DNA of 64,000 nucleotides from Candidatus Eiseniibacteriota bacterium (GTDB lineage Bacteria; Eisenbacteria; RBG-16-71-46; SZUA-252): NCBI GenBank assembly GCA_036380835.1, contig DASVDZ010000004.1, positions 7,482 to 71,481 of the forward strand, read 5' to 3'. Shown piece by piece: positions 9,399 to 22,825 of this stretch (position 1 is its first letter; each line of letters starts with the position of its first letter). The notes under the pieces were generated by a model. It saw only the letters and a program-made list of their open reading frames with translations, ran no database searches and was not told where the DNA came from. The position numbers and the translations under genes were made by a program.

Positions 9399-12300
9399 TC
9401 AGCGAAGGAGCGCCATCTTCCGCGTCAAGGCCGCCGCGCCGATCTCGGCGTGGCAGACGTAGACGCCGGAGGCGACCGACTCGCCTGAGTCGCCGCGCCC
9501 GTCCCAGAGCGCCTCATGATAGCCGGGATCGTACCGGCGCGAAACCAGCGTCCGCACGAGGCGCCCGTTCACGCCGTAGATGCGCAGGATCACCGTGGTG
9601 GGCGCCGGCCCGGGCACCGTGAATCCGATCGCGGTCACGGGATTGAAGGGATTCGGGTGGTTCTGCGCGAGCGAGGCGCGCGCGGGGGGCGCCGTCTCGG
9701 GCGTCGGCGGAACGGGCGGCGGCTCGGCCGACGTGAGGATCGGGTAGGTCGCGAGGCCGGTGTGGCGGTTGTCGTGACGGAACATCGGCCACGCCATCCC
9801 CGTGGATTGGAAGACGCCGGGATATCGCCATGCGTGGACCTGGCCGTCCCACCCCGCGACGGCGATGTCGGTCGCGCCGTCCTGGTCGAGATCCCAGACG
9901 GCGGGCGTGCCCCGGACCTCCCCGCCGATCTCGATCGGGAACCCGCTCACCGGCGTGCCGTCGAAGTGGAACGCGTAGAGGCGACGGTCGTCCGCCCCGA
10001 TCAGGACCTCGAGCGATCCGTCGCCGTCCAGATCGGCGACGGCGGGGCTCGCCTCCGTCGGCCCGCCGAGCGTCACGCCGGTCCAGCCCGGCAGGATCGC
10101 GCCCGAGGGGTCGTACGCGACGAGATGGCCGTCGACGCCGCAGATCACCACGTCGAGGCTCGGGTCGCCGAGGTGTCGTCGCAAGGGCGCCAAGGCGGGC
10201 GAGTTGACGCGCCCGTTCCCGGGCGCGAGCGCCAGCGGCCGGGGCCATCCCGGGGCGCGCTGGCCCGCCGCGGTGATCACGTAGACGCTGTCGTTCGCAC
10301 AGCCGACCGCCACCTCGAGGCCCCCGCCGGGAACGACGTCCCCGATCGCGGGCGACGCGCTCATCGTCCCGTTCGCCGTGAAGGGCCAGCCGGCGATCGG
10401 CCCGCTCGGATGGATCGCGTAGAGCCGCCCGGCCGACGTGCCGAAGACGATCTCCTGGGCGCCGTCGCCGTCCAAATCGGCGATCGCGGGAGACGAGATG
10501 ACGCTGCCGGCCGGGGTGAAGAGGACGCCGTTCGTGGCGGGGTTCGCGTCGCCGTCTCGGATCTCGGTTCCGTCCGCGTGCCACCCGTAGAGGAGGCTCG
10601 TGTTCGATCCGACGACCACGTCGGGAGCCCCGTCGCCGTCCACGTCGCCGATCGCCGGACAGGACCAGAACGGCGCGCCCCCTTTCCGGGGCCATCCGGC
10701 CATCACCGCGCCGTTCGCGTGGAAGACGCATACGAGCGAGTCGTCCCAGGAGGCCGCCACGATCTCCGGCGTCCCGTCGCCGTCCAGATCGGCGGCTGCC
10801 GGAGACGACGGGATGTGGTGGAGCAGGGTCGAGAAGACCCCGGTCGACACGGGATTCGAGTCCCCGTCGATCCAGTCGGAGCCGTCGAATCGGAAGGCGT
10901 AGAGATAGTCGGCGCCGACGAGGAGCTCGGGGCGGCCGTCGCCGTTCAAGTCGGCGAGGCAGAGGGACGAGGAGGTCGCGACCCCGGTCGAGGCCGGGAA
11001 GCCGGCGAGCGACGGCGGCGTCGTGCTGGCGAGCAGGAAGGGAGAGGGCGCGCTCCGGTTCCCGCTCGAGTCGACGGCGATGACGGCGTAGTGATAGCGG
11101 GCGAGCGGGAGGAGCCCCGGGTCCTCGAAGGACGGGATCCGCCGCGTCGGCAATGGGGTGACCGCGACGACCGTTCCGGTCGTGTCCTCCCCGGCGCGGA
11201 GCACGAGATAACCGAGCAGATCGCTCGCCGCGACTCCGTTCCAGGCGGTCGTGATCCGGTCGATCGAGGAGCCGATCACGCGGAGCCCGGCCGGCGCCGG
11301 AGGCGCCTGGCGCTCGATCGGGAAGGTCCACGCGTGCCCGCGCGCGTCGGTCACGACGAGGTCGAAGAGGCGCCCCGCGGGAACCGAGACGCAATGGAAC
11401 GCGAGGAGGCTCGTGGTCCGCGTCGTCCCGGGCGGGAGGTCGGACAGGATCCCGGTCGAGTCGACGATCGTGATCCCCGGCGCCGGGTTCCGCGCCACGA
11501 TGCCCGCGCCCACCGCGCGTCCGTCCCCCTCGTTCCCGACGGTCCACGCCATCGTGAAATCGTCGCCGGAGCCGAGCACGCCGTCGTTCCCGTCGGTGTA
11601 GAACGCCCGCGTGAGGAGAAGGGACGGCGCGACCACCGCGAGATCGACGACCGAGGTGTCGGCGCGAACGCCGTCGCTCACCGCGAGGCGGAGCCGCTCG
11701 ACGCGCGCAACGTTGGGGAGCGCCAGCGCGCGCACGCGGAGCGAATCGGGAATCGCCGTCGCGGCGCCGGGAGCGAGCGCGGCGATCACCGCTTCGGGCT
11801 GATCCACCGCGATGCCCGGCGTCAGCGGCGAAACGGTAACCGTGACTTGGCCGGCGCTCGACGTCCCGCCCTGGTTCTTCACCGTCCCCGCGATCGCGAA
11901 CGACTCCCCCGCGCCCACGAGGCCGTCGCCGTCGCCGGCGACCGCGTCGTTCGCCGCGGCGTCGACCACGTCGAAGTGAGCCGGAGCCGCGGCGGTGACC
12001 GCGAGCGTGTCGAGGAACGGGATGGCGTCCCGCCGCGAGACGGCGAGCGAGAAGGGCCCCGTCGAGCCCGGATGGAACGGAACCACCGCCTCCCCCACCG
12101 CGTCGGTGAAGACCGCCTGGTAGTCCTCGCCCTCCTTCCAGGCGACGACCAGCGCCGACTCCGCAGGCGCCCCGTGCGCGGAAACGCCGACGAGGAAGCC
12201 GCCCCCGTCGAGCGGCACGGACGCCGGGCGCGTCACGAGGAGCGTGTCCGGGGGGCAGCGATACATCGGAAGGCTCGGCACGCCGAGCAGGATCGTCTCG

Positions 12301-13535
12301 AAGTAGCCCCAGCGTTCCTGGGTCTCGCTCCGCGCGTTCGGCAGGAGCGCGGCGCGCGCGTCCTCGACCGCCTCTCCCAGCGTTCGCTGCGCCGGCCCGA
12401 AGAGCTCCTCCACCATCCGTTCGCTCATCCGCTCCGAGATCCCGGGCCACTCGGTGCGCGTGGCCCCGACGTACGCCAGCGCTCCCCCGCTCGGCCGGCG
12501 CACCAGGCGCTCCGCGAACGAGTCGTAGTCGACCGCGGCGGAGGCGCAGTTCTGCGAGATCCAGAGGGCGCTCGAGTCCCCGCTCTGGATCGCCGGGAGG
12601 TCGGCGACGGTGATCACCTCCGGCCCGACGGAGATCTGGGCCTGGGAACCGTGTCCGATGTGATAGACGACGTTGTAGCCGTGGCCGAGCGCCGCCATGG
12701 CGGAGGCCTTGTTGAGCTGCGTCGTCCCCGGGTATCGCGTGTAGTTCTCGTAGTACCGGTCCGGAGTCTGGCAGGACGGAAGCCGCACGCGGAGCGATTC
12801 CCCCTGGGTGGCCCCGTCCACCTGCACGAGCTGCGCCGGCGTCCAGTTCGTCGGCGAGAGCACCTCCGCCAGGATCAGCTCCCGCCCGATGTTCTGCACG
12901 ATCGGCCGGGTCACGTAGCGGAGCGCCTTGTCGACGAGGGCGTTCGCCTCGGCGCGCGTGGTCGCCGACAGCCGCCCCACGGCGATGTCGGGCTCCATGT
13001 CGAGGCTGTCGGCCACCTCGCCGTAGATCCCGTTCCCGTTCGAGTCCCAGGTGCCGTCGAGATCGGCGTAGTAGGCGTCGCTCGGCAGGTCGGTGGTCTC
13101 GGCGTAGTTCACGCGCACGAAGCGCATCGGGATCGCGTCGTGGTCGCCGGCCAGCACCGCCCACCGGATCCCCCACTGGTCGCGCGCCGCGGCCAGGAAC
13201 GATCGGATCGCCTGGGCGAGGTCGTTGGAGCGCGGGTCGGCCGCCCGGATCGTGGAGAGCGAGCGCACGACGGTCGGCCGCCCGGACCGGGTCTGGAAGT
13301 CGGCGAGGCGCTGGTAGACGTCGGCCAGCGAGTCGGGCGCGAGGATCACGCAATCGACCGAAGAGCCGGCCGTCGACGGGAGGAGGGACGGCGCGAAGGG
13401 GGCCGCGTGGAGACGGCTCTGTGCGCCCGGGAGTCTCGGCGACCGCTCCGGAAGGGCGGCGCGCGCGACGGGCGGACCGGCGAGGAGGTTCACGAGAATC
13501 GCCGCGGCGGCGCCCGGACCGACCCTCTGAAACAA
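9399..13535 (-). CDS. Giant secreted gingipain-like (peptidase C25 family) protein with FG-GAP repeats and C-terminal Por/T9SS-type sorting domain
   Basis: The track ORF 9399..14864 runs through tkt in another frame, so that N-terminal extension is rejected. The true start is probably TTG at 13535 (MFQRVGPGAAAAILVNLLAGPPVARAALP, signal-peptide-like). C25-like catalytic region (HIGHGSQAQISV ... ALWISQNCASAAVDY). At least 5 FG-GAP/VCBS-like repeats (ADLDGDGTPEIV, GDVDGDGAPDVVVG, ADLDGDGAQEIVFG, ADLDGDGSLEVLIG, DLDQDGATDIAVAG). C-terminus LAQNHPNPFNPVTAIGFTVP...ILRIYGVNGRLVRTL...WDGRGDSGESVASGVYV is a Por secretion tail. Confidence 0.8.
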   Translation of the reverse strand: MFQRVGPGAAAAILVNLLAGPPVARAALPERSPRLPGAQSRLHAAPFAPSLLPSTAGSSVDCVILAPDSLADVYQRLADFQTRSGRPTVVRSLSTIRAADPRSNDLAQAIRSFLAAARDQWGIRWAVLAGDHDAIPMRFVRVNYAETTDLPSDAYYADLDGTWDSNGNGIYGEVADSLDMEPDIAVGRLSATTRAEANALVDKALRYVTRPIVQNIGRELILAEVLSPTNWTPAQLVQVDGATQGESLRVRLPSCQTPDRYYENYTRYPGTTQLNKASAMAALGHGYNVVYHIGHGSQAQISVGPEVITVADLPAIQSGDSSALWISQNCASAAVDYDSFAERLVRRPSGGALAYVGATRTEWPGISERMSERMVEELFGPAQRTLGEAVEDARAALLPNARSETQERWGYFETILLGVPSLPMYRCPPDTLLVTRPASVPLDGGGFLVGVSAHGAPAESALVVAWKEGEDYQAVFTDAVGEAVVPFHPGSTGPFSLAVSRRDAIPFLDTLAVTAAAPAHFDVVDAAANDAVAGDGDGLVGAGESFAIAGTVKNQGGTSSAGQVTVTVSPLTPGIAVDQPEAVIAALAPGAATAIPDSLRVRALALPNVARVERLRLAVSDGVRADTSVVDLAVVAPSLLLTRAFYTDGNDGVLGSGDDFTMAWTVGNEGDGRAVGAGIVARNPAPGITIVDSTGILSDLPPGTTRTTSLLAFHCVSVPAGRLFDLVVTDARGHAWTFPIERQAPPAPAGLRVIGSSIDRITTAWNGVAASDLLGYLVLRAGEDTTGTVVAVTPLPTRRIPSFEDPGLLPLARYHYAVIAVDSSGNRSAPSPFLLASTTPPSLAGFPASTGVATSSSLCLADLNGDGRPELLVGADYLYAFRFDGSDWIDGDSNPVSTGVFSTLLHHIPSSPAAADLDGDGTPEIVAASWDDSLVCVFHANGAVMAGWPRKGGAPFWSCPAIGDVDGDGAPDVVVGSNTSLLYGWHADGTEIRDGDANPATNGVLFTPAGSVISSPAIADLDGDGAQEIVFGTSAGRLYAIHPSGPIAGWPFTANGTMSASPAIGDVVPGGGLEVAVGCANDSVYVITAAGQRAPGWPRPLALAPGNGRVNSPALAPLRRHLGDPSLDVVICGVDGHLVAYDPSGAILPGWTGVTLGGPTEASPAVADLDGDGSLEVLIGADDRRLYAFHFDGTPVSGFPIEIGGEVRGTPAVWDLDQDGATDIAVAGWDGQVHAWRYPGVFQSTGMAWPMFRHDNRHTGLATYPILTSAEPPPVPPTPETAPPARASLAQNHPNPFNPVTAIGFTVPGPAPTTVILRIYGVNGRLVRTLVSRRYDPGYHEALWDGRGDSGESVASGVYVCHAEIGAAALTRKMALLR

Positions 13536-13600
13536 CTTGATGCAATTGCGGTAAAACTCTGTTTTCAATTTAGTTATGTGGCCTGTAGGTCCGCCGCCAT
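13536..13600 (-). promoter_or_regulatory. AT-rich island (putative promoter/UP region) directly upstream of the C25 peptidase gene
   Basis: Segment ...ccacataactaaattgaaaacagagttttaccgcaattgcatcaag (minus strand) is strikingly AT-rich against the GC-rich background and contains a TTGAAA -35-like hexamer. It sits between the tkt stop (13649) and the proposed TTG start (13535). Confidence 0.4.
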
Positions 13601-13648
13601 GGAAAGCTCGACACGCGCCATTGATCGTACTCCTGCGGACCGCCGCCT

Positions 13649-15706
13649 TCAATCGATCGACGGGGGCACGCGCAGGGGGCGGGCGAGCCATGCTGCGATC
13701 CGGCCGGACACCGCCTCGGGCGTGAAGCCGAGCTCCTTCGCGATCGTCTCGGCGGGCGCCGACGCGCCGAAGCGGTCGAGCCCGATCCGGAGCGCGTCCG
13801 CCCCGACGATGGCCGCCCAGGCGTCGGTCCGCGACGCCTCGACGACGACGCGGCGCGGGCCCTCCGGGAGGACCTCCCTCCGGTAGGACTCGGGCTCGGC
13901 GGCGAACCGCTCGACGCACGGCATCGAGACGACCCGGGCGCCGATGCCGCGCGCCGCGAGCAGGGTCCGCGCGGCGAGGGCGAGCGGCGTCTCCGAGCCG
14001 GTGGCGACGACCACGACGTCGGGCGCGCGATCGGGAGGGTCGGCGAGCACGTAGCCGCCGCGGCGGATCGAGGCCCGGTCGAATCCCGCGGCGCGGTCGA
14101 TCGGCGGGAGCTTCTGCCGCGTGAGGACGAGCGCCGTCGGGCCCTCTTCCCGCGTCAAGGCCGAGGCCCACGCCACGGCCGTCTCGAGCCCGTCCGCGGG
14201 GCGCCAGACGTGCAGGTTCGGAATCAGCCGCAAGGACGGCGTCTGCTCGACGGGCTGGTGCGTGGGACCGTCCTCGCCCAGGAAGACGGAGTCGTGCGTG
14301 AAGACGAAGACGACGCGGAGGCCCGTCAGCGCCGCGAGGCGGATCGAGGGGCGCATGTAGTCGGAGAAGACGAGGAACGTCGCGCCGAACGGGAGGAAGG
14401 CGCCGTAATAGGAGAGGCCGTTCACGATCGCGCCCATGCCGTGCTCTCGCACTCCGAAGTGGAGCGTCCGCCCCTGGAACGTCACGGGGGCCCCCGGGTC
14501 GAGCCGCGCGTGCGCCACGTCGGGCGCGCCCTTGATGTCGGTGTTCGTGGAGGGAGCGAGGTCGGCCGACCCCCCGACCAGGGACGGCACGACCGCCGCC
14601 GCGGCCTGGATCACCTTCCCCGACCAGGCGCGCGTGGCGAGCGCTTCCGGCGGCCCGGCGGCTCGAGCGAGGAGCGCCTCCAGATCGCGCGGCGTCTCGC
14701 GCGACCAGTGGCGGTCCCAGAGCGCCGCTTCCTCGGGATGCGCCCGGCGCGCCTCGTCGAAGCGCGCCTGCCACGCGGCGCGCTCGCTCCGCTTCGCCTC
14801 GGCCCGCGCGTGGAACAAGGCGCGCGCCTCGTCGGGGATCAGGAACGCGGGCTCGAGGGGCCACCCCATCGCCTCCTTCGCCGCCTTGAGCTCGTCCGCG
14901 CCGAGCGGCTCCCCGTGCGCCTTGGCGGTCCCCTGCTTCGTGGGCGCGCCCCGGCCGATCACGGTGCGCGCCAGGATCAGGGACGGGCGGCGCTCCTCCG
15001 CGATCGCGGCCTCAAGCGCGGCGCCCACCGCGGCGCGGTCGTGCCCGTCCACGCGTTCCGTCTTCCATCCGTACGCGTCGAATCGGCGCGCCACGTCCTC
15101 GAGGAACGCGAGACCGGTCGGCCCCTCGATCGAGACGTGGTTGTCGTCGTACAGGTAGACCAGGTTTCCGAGTCCCCACGCGCCGGCGAGCGACGCCGCC
15201 TCGGAGGCGATCCCCTCCATCAGGTCGCCGTCGCTCACGACGCCGAAGACCCGGTGGTCGAGGAGTTGGCCGAGCTCCGGAAGCCGCGCCCGGAGGAGCT
15301 TCTGCCCGAGCGCCATCCCGACCCCGTTTCCGAACCCCTGCCCGAGCGGTCCCGTGGTCGCCTCGACGCCCGCCGTCAATCCCGCCTCGGGGTGCCCGGG
15401 GGTCGTCGATCCCCACTGGCGGAACCGCTCGATCTCGCGCAGGGGGAGGCCGCACTCGAACAGATGGAGGAGCGAATAGAGGAGCATCGACGCGTGCCCC
15501 GCCGACAGGACGAACCGGTCGCGGTTCGGCCACGACGCGTCGTCGGGGTCGAAGCGGAGGAAGGACGACCAGAGGACGAAGGCCATGTCGGCCATCCCCA
15601 TCGGCGCGCCGGGGTGCCCCGACTTCGCCTTCTCGACGGCGTCGGCCGAGAGGAATCGGATCGTGTGGACGCACATCTGTTCCAGCTCGAGCGCGGTGGC
15701 GGGCAT
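13649..15706 (-). CDS. tkt: Transketolase
   Basis: 685 aa. N-terminus [46 protein letters not shown]; TPP-binding GDGDLMEGI; C-terminal transketolase domains. Confidence 0.95.
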   Translation of the reverse strand: MPATALELEQMCVHTIRFLSADAVEKAKSGHPGAPMGMADMAFVLWSSFLRFDPDDASWPNRDRFVLSAGHASMLLYSLLHLFECGLPLREIERFRQWGSTTPGHPEAGLTAGVEATTGPLGQGFGNGVGMALGQKLLRARLPELGQLLDHRVFGVVSDGDLMEGIASEAASLAGAWGLGNLVYLYDDNHVSIEGPTGLAFLEDVARRFDAYGWKTERVDGHDRAAVGAALEAAIAEERRPSLILARTVIGRGAPTKQGTAKAHGEPLGADELKAAKEAMGWPLEPAFLIPDEARALFHARAEAKRSERAAWQARFDEARRAHPEEAALWDRHWSRETPRDLEALLARAAGPPEALATRAWSGKVIQAAAAVVPSLVGGSADLAPSTNTDIKGAPDVAHARLDPGAPVTFQGRTLHFGVREHGMGAIVNGLSYYGAFLPFGATFLVFSDYMRPSIRLAALTGLRVVFVFTHDSVFLGEDGPTHQPVEQTPSLRLIPNLHVWRPADGLETAVAWASALTREEGPTALVLTRQKLPPIDRAAGFDRASIRRGGYVLADPPDRAPDVVVVATGSETPLALAARTLLAARGIGARVVSMPCVERFAAEPESYRREVLPEGPRRVVVEASRTDAWAAIVGADALRIGLDRFGASAPAETIAKELGFTPEAVSGRIAAWLARPLRVPPSID

Positions 15707-15823
15707 TCAGGATCTCTCCGGCGCGAAGGCGGCGCGAAGCCGCCGTGTTCGTGGACTCGTCCCTGCTCCGTCGGTGTATCATAGCGCGGTTCCCGATGCA
15801 CCCCTAAGGCTCAGGGAGAGCGA

Positions 15824-17309
15824 CATGACCAGGGCACGCCGATTCCGCTCGTTCGCGCGCGCGATTCCGCTCGCGCTCCTCGCCGCCCTCTGCTGGATCG
15901 GCGGCTGCGCCACCAATCCGGCCACCGGGAAGCGCCAGATCTCGCTCGTCTCGGAGAACAAGGAGCTGGCGATCGGACGCGAGTCCGACCCCGCGGTGAT
16001 CGCGGAGTACGGCCTCTACGACGACGACGCGACCCAGCGATACGTCGACTCGGTCGGTCAGCGGCTCGCGCGGATCTCGCACCGGCCCGATCTCGTCTGG
16101 CACTTCCGGGTGCTCGACTCCCCGGTCGTGAACGCGTTCGCCATCCCGGGCGGCTACATCTACATCACGCGCGGCATCCTCGCCTACATGAACTCCGAGG
16201 CCCAGCTCGCCGGCGTCCTCGGACACGAGATCGGCCACGTCACCGCGCGCCACAGCGCGCAGCAGATCACCCGCTCCGAGATCGCGGGGCTAGGCGTCCT
16301 GGTCGGCATGGTCTTCGTCGACGCGTTCCGGCCATACGGCGGCCTCGCCCAGCAGGGGCTGGGGCTCCTCTTCCTCAAGTACAGTCGCGACAACGAGACC
16401 CAGGCCGACGAGCTGGGGATCGAATACGCCGCGAAGGCGGGGTACGACCCGCGGGAGATCCCGCAGACGTACGCGACGCTGAAGCGGATCGGCGAGCGCG
16501 CCGGCTCCTCGCTCCCCTCCTTCCTCTCCACGCACCCCGATCCGGGCGACCGCGAGATCCGCACGACCCAGATCGCGAACGCGACCGCCGCGAGCGCGCG
16601 CCGGGGTCTCGAGATCGGCTCGGTGGCCTACCGCCGCCATATCGACGGCATGGTCTTCGGCGACGACCCGCGGAACGGCTACTTCGACGCGAATCGCTTC
16701 TATCACCCGCAGCTCGCGTTCCAGATGATCTTCCCGCTCGGATGGCAGACGGCGAACCAGCCGTCGCAGGTCGTGGCCTCGGACGAGCACGCGGGCGCCG
16801 CGATGCAGCTCTCGCTCGCGACGTCGCGCGACACGACCCTCTCCGCGCCGCAGTTCGTCGATTCGCTCCGCGCGCGCGGCGAGATCGTCGAGGCGCAGGG
16901 ACGGAGCGAGAACTTCCGCGACTATTCGGCCTGGGTCGGCAACATCACCGCCAAGGGCTCGAGCGGCCAGACCTCGTTCGTGGCGGGATTCGTGAAGATC
17001 CGCGGCGGGCAGTACCTCCAGGTCCTGGGCCAGGTCGGCTCGTCGAACGCGGCGGCCGACCAGATCTTCGCGTCGATCCGGAGCATCGCGGCGCTTCGCG
17101 ACCCCGCCAAGCTGAACGTCACGCCCGACCGGGTCGAGGTGAAGAGCGTCCCGCGGGCCGAGTCGTTCGCCTCGGTCTACGCGGCCTTCCCCGGCCAGGC
17201 GCTGAGCCTGGAGGACAGCGCGATCCTGAACAGCACGCGCGCGGGCACGACGTTCGAAGAGGGAGCCCCCGTCAAGGTCGTCGCGAAGGGGATCCATCCG
17301 ACCGGCTGA
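15824..17309 (+). CDS. M48-family zinc metalloprotease, putative lipoprotein (BepA/YfgC-like)
   Basis: Start ATG 15824 preceded by RBS GGGAGAG. Lipobox-like LLAALCWIGGC. HEXXH motif VLGHEIGHVTARHSAQQ. The track ORF from 15585 overlaps tkt and is trimmed. Confidence 0.85.
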
Positions 17310-17345
17310 GCGGCCGCGCCGCCCCGCCTGCGCCGCGGGCGGCGA

Positions 17346-17948
17346 TCACGATCCGACGAAGAAGGCGTGGCGCCCGAGCGCGGCGCCGACCGCGAGCACG
17401 ACGTCCTTCGGCACGCGTCCGAGCAGCACCGCGAGCGTGTATGGGGCCCACGGCACGGCGAGGATACCCGCCGCGAAGCAGATCGCGTCGGACGGCGAGA
17501 AGGGGAAGAGGAAGAGCGGCACGAGCGCCAGCCAGCGCCTGCCGCGCAGGAGCGCGTGCGCCTTCTCCACCGCGGCGGGGCCGATCCAACGCTCCGCCAT
17601 CGGACGGCCCGCGGCGCGGCCGATCCAGTAGGCCGCGGTCGAGCCGAGCAGCGTGCCCACCGCGGTCACCAGCGCCCCTACCACGGGACCATAGAGCGCG
17701 CCCGCCAGGAGCGGTACGAATACCCCGGGGACCGGAGCGACGAGGATCTGGGCCGCCTGGACGGCGAGGATCACGACCGGGCCCCAGGCGCCGGCTCCCC
17801 GGACCCACGTCTCGACGCGCGCGCGGGTCACGTGCGGCGCGAGCCAGAATCCGAACGCGACGATCGCGGCGACGGCGAGCGACGAGAGGACGATCGCGCC
17901 CCACGCCGGGCGCCGCGGCGGCGCCGATCCACCGAGACCGGGGCTCAT
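17346..17948 (-). CDS. TVP38/TMEM64-DedA superfamily membrane protein
   Basis: Start MSPGLGG at 17948; the longer track ORF from 18083 would leave only 15 nt to the divergent acnA. Multi-TM, with [36 protein letters not shown] (DedA/SNARE-associated domain). Confidence 0.7.
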   Translation of the reverse strand: MSPGLGGSAPPRRPAWGAIVLSSLAVAAIVAFGFWLAPHVTRARVETWVRGAGAWGPVVILAVQAAQILVAPVPGVFVPLLAGALYGPVVGALVTAVGTLLGSTAAYWIGRAAGRPMAERWIGPAAVEKAHALLRGRRWLALVPLFLFPFSPSDAICFAAGILAVPWAPYTLAVLLGRVPKDVVLAVGAALGRHAFFVGS

Positions 17949-18098
17949 GCGGCGGCACTCTACGGGAGCGGCGGACGAATCCGAAGCCGAAAAGCGGGGC
18001 GGTTTCGCCGCGGCTCGGCGTCGGTTATGCTGCAGGAACGCACGACAGCCCTCACGGGAGCGCCCTCCCGGCGCCTCGTCCACGAACGGAGACCACGA

Positions 18099-20854
<2,756 letters not shown>

Positions 20855-20858
<4 letters not shown>

Positions 20859-22825
20859 ACCGGCGCCTTACCGTCGTGGAGTTCCTCCGCTCCGGAGGGC
20901 TCCAGCTCGGGCTCACGGCGGCCTGCGCGGCGGCCGGGCTCGGGGGCGCGGCGGTCGGCAGGTGGGCGCCGGAGTCGGAGCTTCGGCTCCCCCTCTACTT
21001 CACGTCCTACCTGACCGGGGCCTTCGGTCCGACGCGCGACCTGATCCGGAACCTGCTCGCGCGCCAGCTCGACATCAACCTGCTCATGATCGTCGCGGCC
21101 CTCGGGTCGGCGCTGCTCGGCCACTGGGGCGAGGGGGCCGTGCTCCTCTTCCTCTTCTCGCTGAGCGGCGCGCTCGAGCGGATCACGATGGAGCGGACGG
21201 CGCGATCGATCGAGTCGTTGATGCAGCTCCGCCCCGAGACCGCCCTGGTGCTTCGCGACGGAGTCGAGGTCCGGGTGCTGGTCGGCGAGATCGCCGTGGG
21301 CGAACGGGTGCGCGCGCTCCCGGGAGAGCGATTCGCCGTGGACGGCGTGATCGTGGAGGGAACCTCGTCGGCCGACGAGGCGACCTTGACCGGGGAGTCG
21401 GAACCGGTCGAGAAGGTCCTGGGGTCCAAGGTCTTCGCCGGCACGGTCAACCAGCGCGGCGCCCCGGTCATCCGGGTCGAGAAACGCCCCGAGGAGACGG
21501 CGATCTCGCGCATCGTCCAGGCCGTCCACGAGGCGCAGAAGACCAAGACCACGACGGAGCGGTTCGTGGACCGATGGCAGCGCCCGTACGTCCTCTCGGT
21601 CTTCGGCGCCGCCGCGCTCGCCGCGGCGATCCCCTACTTCGCGCTCGGGCTCCCGGTCCTCGACGCCGTCTACCGCGGCCTCGTGCTCCTCGTCGCCGCC
21701 TCCCCCTGCGCGGTCGTGATCGCGACGCCGGCGGCGATGCTCTCCGCGGTGACGCACGCGGCCCGGCACGGGGTCCTCTTCAAGGGGAGCGCGCACCTCG
21801 AGCGGCTCGGCGAGATCTCCGCGGTCGCCATGGACAAGACGGGCACGATCACCCACGGGAAACCACGCGTCGTGGCCGTCGAATCGGCGGGATGCCCGGG
21901 ATCTCCCGAGCGCCTGCTCCGCCTCGCGGCGGCCGTGGAGGCGCGGAGCGAGCACCACACGGGGCGCGCCATCGTGGCCGAGGCCGAACGCCTCGGCCTC
22001 TCCCTTCCCCCGGTCTCGGAGTTCGAGAGCCACGCCGGCGAAGGGGTGCACGGCCACGTCGAGGGCATCTGGGTGGGGGCCGGCCGCGAGCCGCTCTTCA
22101 CACGCCACGACGTGGCGATCCCACCGGGGGCGCTCGCCCTCGCGCGGCGCTGGCGCGAGGAGGGCCGGACCGCGATCCTCGTGGTGGCGCGGCGGTCCGT
22201 GGATGGACGGCCGCATCCGGAGGCGGGCGACGAGCACGACCTCGCGTGCGGCGCGATCGCCGTGGCCGACACGGTACGGCCCCAGGCGCGTCGCGCGGTG
22301 GCCGCCTGCCGGGCGCTCGGCATCCGCCACGTCGCGATCCTGACCGGCGACCACGCCGGGGTCGCGCGCGCGATCGGCCGCGAGATCGGTACCGACGAGG
22401 TGCGCGCCGGGCTTCTCCCGGAGCAGAAGGTCCTCGCCATTCGCGAGCTCTCCGACCGCTGGGGCGGGCTCGCCATGGTCGGCGACGGCGTGAACGACGC
22501 CCCCGCGCTCGCCACGGCGACGGTCGGGATCGCGATGGGCGGCGCCGGAACCGACGTCGCGCTCGACACCGCCGACGTGGTCCTGATGCGCGACGACCTC
22601 GAGGGGATCCCCTTCTCGCTCTGGCTCGCGCGCCAGTCGCGCCGCGTCGTCGCGCAGAGCCTCTCGCTCGCGTTCGGGGTGATCGGGATCCTCGTGATCT
22701 CGACGCTGGCCGGCGTCCTGCCGCTCTGGATCGCCGTCGTCTGCCACGAGGGGAGCACGCTCCTCGTGATCGCGAACGGGGTCCGACTGCTCGGGGTCCC
22801 CCACCCCGATTTCGAGCTCGGCTAG
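20855..22825 (+). CDS. P1B-type heavy-metal-translocating ATPase, probably P1B-4 (Co/Ni-type; SPC motif, no N-terminal metal-binding domain)
   Basis: 656 aa; starts directly with TM helices. SPC transmembrane metal motif ([12 protein letters not shown]), DKTGTITHG phosphorylation site, [13 protein letters not shown] hinge. The ATG overlaps the acnA stop (ATGA). Confidence 0.9.

Noticed and set aside
9516-13886. 1456-aa plus-strand ORF and the 1343-aa minus ORF (9514..13545) overlapping the C25 peptidase gene
   Set aside because: Antisense or alternative-frame artefacts. Only the 9399..13535 minus frame carries FG-GAP repeats, the C25 motifs and the T9SS tail.
13536-14864. N-terminal 440 aa of track ORF 9399..14864
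   Set aside because: Runs through transketolase in a different frame. The peptidase has a proper signal peptide beginning at the TTG at 13535, preceded by an intergenic AT-rich promoter region.
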